In this document: piece by piece, positions 58,101 to 64,000 of the stretch
How the letters are laid out: the number at the start of each line of letters is the position of its first letter
Numbering within the stretch: the stretch's first letter is position 1
From: Squalus acanthias
Lineage: Eukaryota
Length of the DNA: 64,000 nt
Assembly (NCBI GenBank): GCA_030390025.1
Contig: JASTWF010000361.1
Coordinates: 62,001 to 126,000 of the forward strand
Reading direction: 5' to 3'
The notes under the pieces: model-generated
Told to the model about the DNA's origin: nothing
Databases searched by the model: none
What the model saw: the letters and a program-made list of their open reading frames with translations, nothing else
Program-made: the position numbers and the translations under genes

Positions 58101-60215
58101 AGGATCAGTGTTGGGGCCTCAGCTATTTACAATCTATATTAATGACCTAGATGAAGGGACCGAGTGTAATGTATCCAGGTTTGCTGATGATACAAAGCTA
58201 GGTGGGACAGTAAGCTGTGAGGAGAACACAAAGAGGCTGCAAAGGGATATAGATAGACTAAGTGAGTCGGCAGTAAGGTGGCAGATGGAGTATAATGTAG
58301 GGAAATGTGAGGTTATCCACTTTGGTAGGAAGAATAGAAAAACAGAATATTTTTTAAATGGTGAGAAACTTTCAAATGTTGGTGTTCAGAGAGATTTGGG
58401 TGTCCTCGTGCAAGAAACACAGAAAGCTAGCATGCAGGTACAGCAAGCAATAAGGAAGACAAATGGCATGTTGGCCTTTATTGCAAGGAGGTTGGAGTAT
58501 AAGAGTAAGGAAGTCTTGCTACAATTGTACAGGGCCTTGGTGAGACCACACCTGAAGTACTGTGCACAGTTTTGGTCTCCTTATCCAAGGAAGGATATAC
58601 TTACACATGGGATTGGGGGCAAGGTATTGACTTGGATAGAGAACTGGTTGGCAGACAGAAAGCAAAGAGTTGGAATAAGCGGGTCTTTTTCCGAGTGGCA
58701 GGCAGTGACTAGTGGGGTACCGCAGGGATCGGTCCTTGGACCCCAGCTATTCACAATATATATTAATGATCTAGACAAGGGAACTAGATGTAATATCTCC
58801 AAGTTTGCAGACGATACAAAGCTGGGTGGGCGTGTGTGCTGTGAGGAGGATGCCGAGAAACTCCAGGATGATTTGGACAGGTTGGGTGACTGGGCAGAAG
58901 CATGGCAGATGCAATATAACGTGGATAAATGCGAGGTTATCCACTTTGGTGTCAAAAACAGGAAGGCAGATTATTATCTGAATGGCAATAGATTGGGAGA
59001 AGGAGAAGTGCAACGAGACCTGGGTGTCCTTGTGCACCAGTTGCTGAAGGTAAGCATGCAGGTGCAGCAGGTGGTTAAGAAGGCAAATGGTATGTTGGCC
59101 TTCGTAGAGAGAGGGTTTGAGTACAGGAACAAGGATATCTTGCTGCAGTTGTACAGGGCCTTGGTGAGACCACATCTTGAGTATTGTGTGCAGTTTTGGT
59201 CGCCTTATCTGAGGAAGGAGGTTCTTGCCATGGAAGGAGTTCAGCGAAGATTCACCAGGCTGATACCTGGGATGGCAGGAATGACGTATGAGGAGAGATT
59301 GGGTCGATTGGGCTTATACTCGCTGGAGTTTAGAAGAATGAGAGGGGATCTCATTGAAACTTATAAAATTCTGAAAGGACTGGACAGACTAGATGCAGGA
59401 AGGATGTTCCCAATGGTCGGCGAGTCCAGAACCAGGGGTCACAGTCTAAGGATAAAGGGTAAGCCATTTAGGACAGAAATGAGGAGGAATTTCTTCACCC
59501 AGAGAGTGGTGAACCTGTGGAATTCTCTACCACAGAAGGCAGTAGAGGCCAATTCATTAAATATATTCAAGAAGGAGTTGGATATATTTCTTAAGGCTAA
59601 AGGGATCAAGGGATATGGGGAGAAAGCAGGGACAGGGTACTGAATTTGGATGATCAGCCATGCTCCTGCTCCTATCTTCTTTGTTTCTATGTCTATGTTT
59701 CTATGCCTTGGAGGCGGTGCAACGAAGGTTCACTGGATTGATTCCTGGGATGAGAGGGCTGTCCTATGATGAGAGATTGTGTAGAATGGGCCGATACTCT
59801 CTGGAGTTCAGAAGAATGAGAGGTGATCTCATTGAAACATACAAGATTCTGAAGGGAATTGACAGGGTAGATGCTGAGAGGTTGTTTTCCCTGGCTGGAG
59901 TGTCTAGAACTAGGGGGCATAGTCTCAGGATAAGGGGTCGGCCATTTAAGACTGAGATGAGGAGTAATTTCTTCATTCAGAGGGTTATGAATCTTTGGAA
60001 GTCTCTGCCCCTGAGGGCTGTGAATGCTGTGTCTTTCAGTATATTCAAGGCTGAGATGGATAGCTTTTTGGACTGTAGGGGAATCAAGGGATATGGAGAA
60101 CGGGCGGGAAAGTGGAGTTGAGGTTGATGATTAGCCACGATCTTATTGAATGGTGGAGCAGGCTCGAGGGGCCGTATGGCCGACTCCTGCGACATATTTC
60201 TTATTTTCTTATGTT
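55121..60215 (+). mobile_element. Degenerate CR1 ORF2 with two nested 5'-truncated CR1 copies (~55333-56434 and ~58603-59702)
   Basis: LIAITETWL, VYRPP, KSPGPDGLHP, QHGF, FADD; the host frame resumes after each insert; candidate TSD ATAAAGGA at 55325-55332 / 56435-56442. Confidence 0.9.
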
Positions 60216-60219
60216 CTTA

Positions 60220-60420
60220 AACACTCCCGGGGCAGGTACAGCAAGGGATAGATACAGATTAAAGCTCCCTCTACACTGTCCCGTCAAACTCTCCCAGCGC
60301 AGGTACAGCATGGGTTAGATATCGAGTAAAGCTCCCTCAACACTGTCCCGTCAAACACTCCCAGGGCAGGTACAGCACGGGTTAGATACAGAGTAAAGCT
60401 CCCTCTACACTGTCTCATCA
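60220..60420 (+). repeat. ~67-bp tandem repeat, about 3 units (same family as 17175-17575)
   Basis: GGGTTAGATACAGAGTAAAGCTCCCTCTACACTGTC units. Confidence 0.9.
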
Positions 60421-60559
60421 TAGACTTCCAGGGCAGTTCTGTACTCCAGTGTTATAGAGTGAAAGATCTGTATTCACCAGTACTATGGCCAAGTGCAATA
60501 CAGTGCCAGTCCTGTATCCAGCAGGATGGTACCCCAGTATATACATATATATATATACA

Positions 60560-63500
60560 GAAACAGACATGTAACCATCAGTACTGTACAAAAGTGTTAT
60601 ACAGTGACAGACCTGTACCCACCAGTACTGTACCCGAGTTAAACTGTGACAGACCTGTACCCACCAGTACTGTACCACAGTGCTATATAGTGACAGACCT
60701 GTACCAACCAGTATTGTGCCCCAGTGTTATACAGAGACAGACCCGTACCCACCAGTACTGTACCACAGTGTTATACAGTGACAGAGCTGTACCAACCAGT
60801 ACTGTGCCCCAGTGTTATACAGAGACAGAACCGTACCCACCAGTACTGTAACACAGTGTTAGACAGAGAGAGAACCGTACCCACCAGTACTGTACCACAG
60901 TGTTATACAGTGACAGACCCGTACCGACCAGTAATGTCCCCAGTGTGAAACAGTGACAGATCTGTACCCAGCAGTATTGTACCCCAGTGTTAAAAAGTGA
61001 CAAACCTGTATCCACCAGTACTGTACCCCAGTGTTTGTGACAGGCCTGTACCCACCAGTACTGTACCCCAGTGTTATACAGTGACAGACCTGTCCCCACC
61101 AGTACTGTATCCCAGTGTTATACAGTGACAGACCTGTACCCACCAGTAGTACACCGCAGTGTTATACAGTGACAGACCTGTACCCACCAGTACTGTACCC
61201 CAGTGTTTGTGACAGACCTATAACCACCAGTACTGTACCCCAGTGTTTGTGACAGACCTGCACCCACCAGTACTGTACCCCAGTGTTATACAGTGACACA
61301 CCTGTCCCCACCAGTACTGTATCCCACTGTTATACAGTGACAGACCTGTACCCACCAGCAGTACACCGCAGTGTTATACAGTGACAGAACTGTACCCGCC
61401 AGTACTATACCAAAGTGTTATACAGTGACAGACCTGTACGCACCAGTACTGTACCACAGTGTTATATAGTGACAGACCTGTACCAACCAGTACTGTGCCC
61501 CAGTGTTATACAGAGACAGACCCGTACCCAACAGTACAGTACCCCAGTGTTATACAGTGACAGACCTGTACCTACCAGTACTGTACCCGTGTTTTACAGT
61601 GACAGAACTGTACCCACCAGTACTGTACCCCAGTGTTATAGAGTGACAGACCTGTACCCACCAGTAGTACACCGCAGTGTTATACAGTGACAGATCTGTA
61701 CCAACCAGTACTGTACCCCAGTGTTATACAGTGACAGAACCGTACCCGCAGGTACTATACCCCAGTGTTATACAGTGACAGACCTGTACCCACCAGCACT
61801 GTACCCCAGTGCCATAGTGACAGACCTGTACCCACCAGTACTCTACAACAGTGTTATATAGTGACAGACCTGTACCCATCAGTACTATACCCCAGTGCCA
61901 TAGTGACAGACCTGTACCCACCAGTACTCTACACCAGTGTTATACAGAGACAGACCCGTACCCACCAGTACTGTCCCACAGTGTTATACAGTGACAGACC
62001 TGTACCCACCAGTACTGTGTCCCAGTGTTATACAAAGACAGATCTGTACCCACCAGTACTGTACCCCAATGTTATACAGTGACAGACCTGTACCCATCAG
62101 TACTATACCCAAGTGTTATACAATGACAGACCTGTGCCCACCAGTACTGTACCCCAGTGTTATATAGTGACAGACCTGTACCAACCAGTACGGTGCCCCA
62201 GTGTTATACAGAGACAGACTCGTACCCACCAGTACTGACCCCAGTAGGAAACAGTGACAGATCCGTACCCATCAGTATTGTACCCCAGTGTGATATAGTG
62301 ACAGAACTGTACCCGCCATAACTATACCCAAGTGTTATACAATGACAGACCTGTGCCCACCAGTACTGTACCCCAGTGTAATATAGTGACAGACCTGTAC
62401 CCACCAGTACTGTACCCCAGTGTTATACAGTGACAGACCTGTACCCACCAATACTGTACCCCAGTGTGATATAGTGACAGAACTGTACCCGCCATAACTA
62501 TACCCAAGTGTTATACAATGACAGACCTGTGCCCACCAGTACTGTACCCCAGTGTAATATAGTGACAGAACTGTACCCGCCAGAACTGTACCCCAGTGTT
62601 ATATAGTGACAGACCTGTACAAACCAGTACTGTGCCCCACTGTTATAAAGAGACAGACCCGTACCCACCAGTACTGTACCCCAGTGTTAAAAAAGTGACA
62701 GACCTGTACCTACCAGTACTGCAAACCAGTGTTATACAGTGACAGACCTGTACCCACCAGTACTGCAAATTAGTGTTATACAGTGACAGACCTGTACCCA
62801 TCAGTACTGTACCCCAGAGTTATACAGTGACAGACCTGTACCCACCAGAACTGTACCCCAGTGTTATATTGACTGACCTGTACCCATCAGTACTGTACCC
62901 CAGTGTTATACAGTGACAGTCATGTTCCTACCAGTACTGCACCCCAGTGTTATACAGTGACAGACCTGTACCCACCATTACTGTACCCCAGTGTTACACA
63001 GTGGCAGACCTGTACCCACCAGTACTGTACCCGTCTTATACAGTGACAGACCTGTACCCACGAGTACTGTACCCCCAGTTTTATACAGTGACAGACCTGT
63101 ACCTACCAATACTGTACCCGAGTTATACAGTGAAACACCGGTACATACCAGTACTGTAACCCAATGTTATAAAGTGACAGACCTGTACCCATCAGTACTG
63201 TACCCCAGTGTAATACAGTGACAGACCTGTACCCACCAGTACTGTACCCCAGTGTTATAGTGACAGACCTGTACCCATCAGTACTGTACCACAGTGTTAC
63301 ACAATGACAGACCGGTACCGACCAGTACTGTACCCCAGTGTTATACAGTGACAGACCTGTACCCACCAGTACTGTACCCCAGTGTTACACAGTGACAGAC
63401 CTGTACCCACCAGTACTGTACCCCAGTGTTATACAGTGACAGACCTGTACGCACCAGTACTGTACCCCATTGTTATACAGTGACAGACCTGTACCAACCA

Positions 63501-64000
63501 GTACTGTACCCCAGTGTTATGCAGTGACAGACCTGTACCCACCAGTACTGTATCCCTGTGTTATACAGTGACAGACATGTACCCACCAGTAGTACACCGC
63601 AGTGTTATTCAGTGACAGACCTGTACCCACCAGAACTGTACCCCAGTGTTATATAGTGACAGACCTGTGCCCACCAGTGCTGTACGACAGTGTTAAATAG
63701 TGACACACCTGTACCCACCAGTCCTGTACCCCAGTGTTTGTGACAGACATGTACCCTCCAGTATTGTACCACAGTGTTATACTGTGACAGATCTGTACCC
63801 ACCAGTACTGTACCCCAGTGTTATACAGTGACAGAACTGTACCCGCCAGAACTATACCCAAGTGTTATACAATTACAGACCTGTGCCCACCAGTACTGTA
63901 CCCCAGTGTTATATAGTGACAGACCTGTACCAACCAATACTGTACCCCAGTGTTATATTGACTGACCTGTACCCATCAGTACTGTACCCCAGTGTTACAC
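60560..64000. repeat. 44-bp tandem satellite (consensus GTGTTATACAGTGACAGACCTGTACCCACCAGTACTGTACCCCA); degenerate units from ~60430; runs off the right edge
   Basis: Direct 44-bp periodicity (e.g. 63341 and 63385) with shorter deletion variants. Confidence 0.97.

Noticed and set aside
60418..63965. Short ORFs in the right satellite
   Set aside because: Repeat translations.

Overview
Repeat-only vertebrate window with no host gene found; the host is probably a cartilaginous fish, inferred only from the repeat repertoire (esterase-ORF1 CR1 LINEs, ~67-bp GGGTTAGATACAGAG repeat). A 40-bp G/T-rich satellite (1-9467) and a 44-bp satellite (~60560-64000) bracket CR1 and other LINE debris and a four-level nest. 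A CR1 is split by a CsRN1-type Gypsy element (17615-55120, TSD AAGT). The Gypsy is split by env-bearing retrovirus-like provirus A (20699-53850, +, TSD ACCA). Provirus A is split by an inverted three-LTR composite of the same family (24781-45226, -, TSD ACCC). The family has 1.5-1.7 kb LTRs and a tRNA-Arg-type PBS that doubles as the first gag codons. Its coiled-coil Gag carries a PSAPPSY late domain and reads through CAA-TGA-CTAG into PR-RT-degenerate RNase H-second RNase H-IN plus a long acidic tail. Env is an Ig-like domain joined to a furin-cleaved class I fusion protein. This best fits a lokiretrovirus-like lineage (inference; needs phylogeny). One copy replaces all pol enzymes in frame with a coiled-coil segment.
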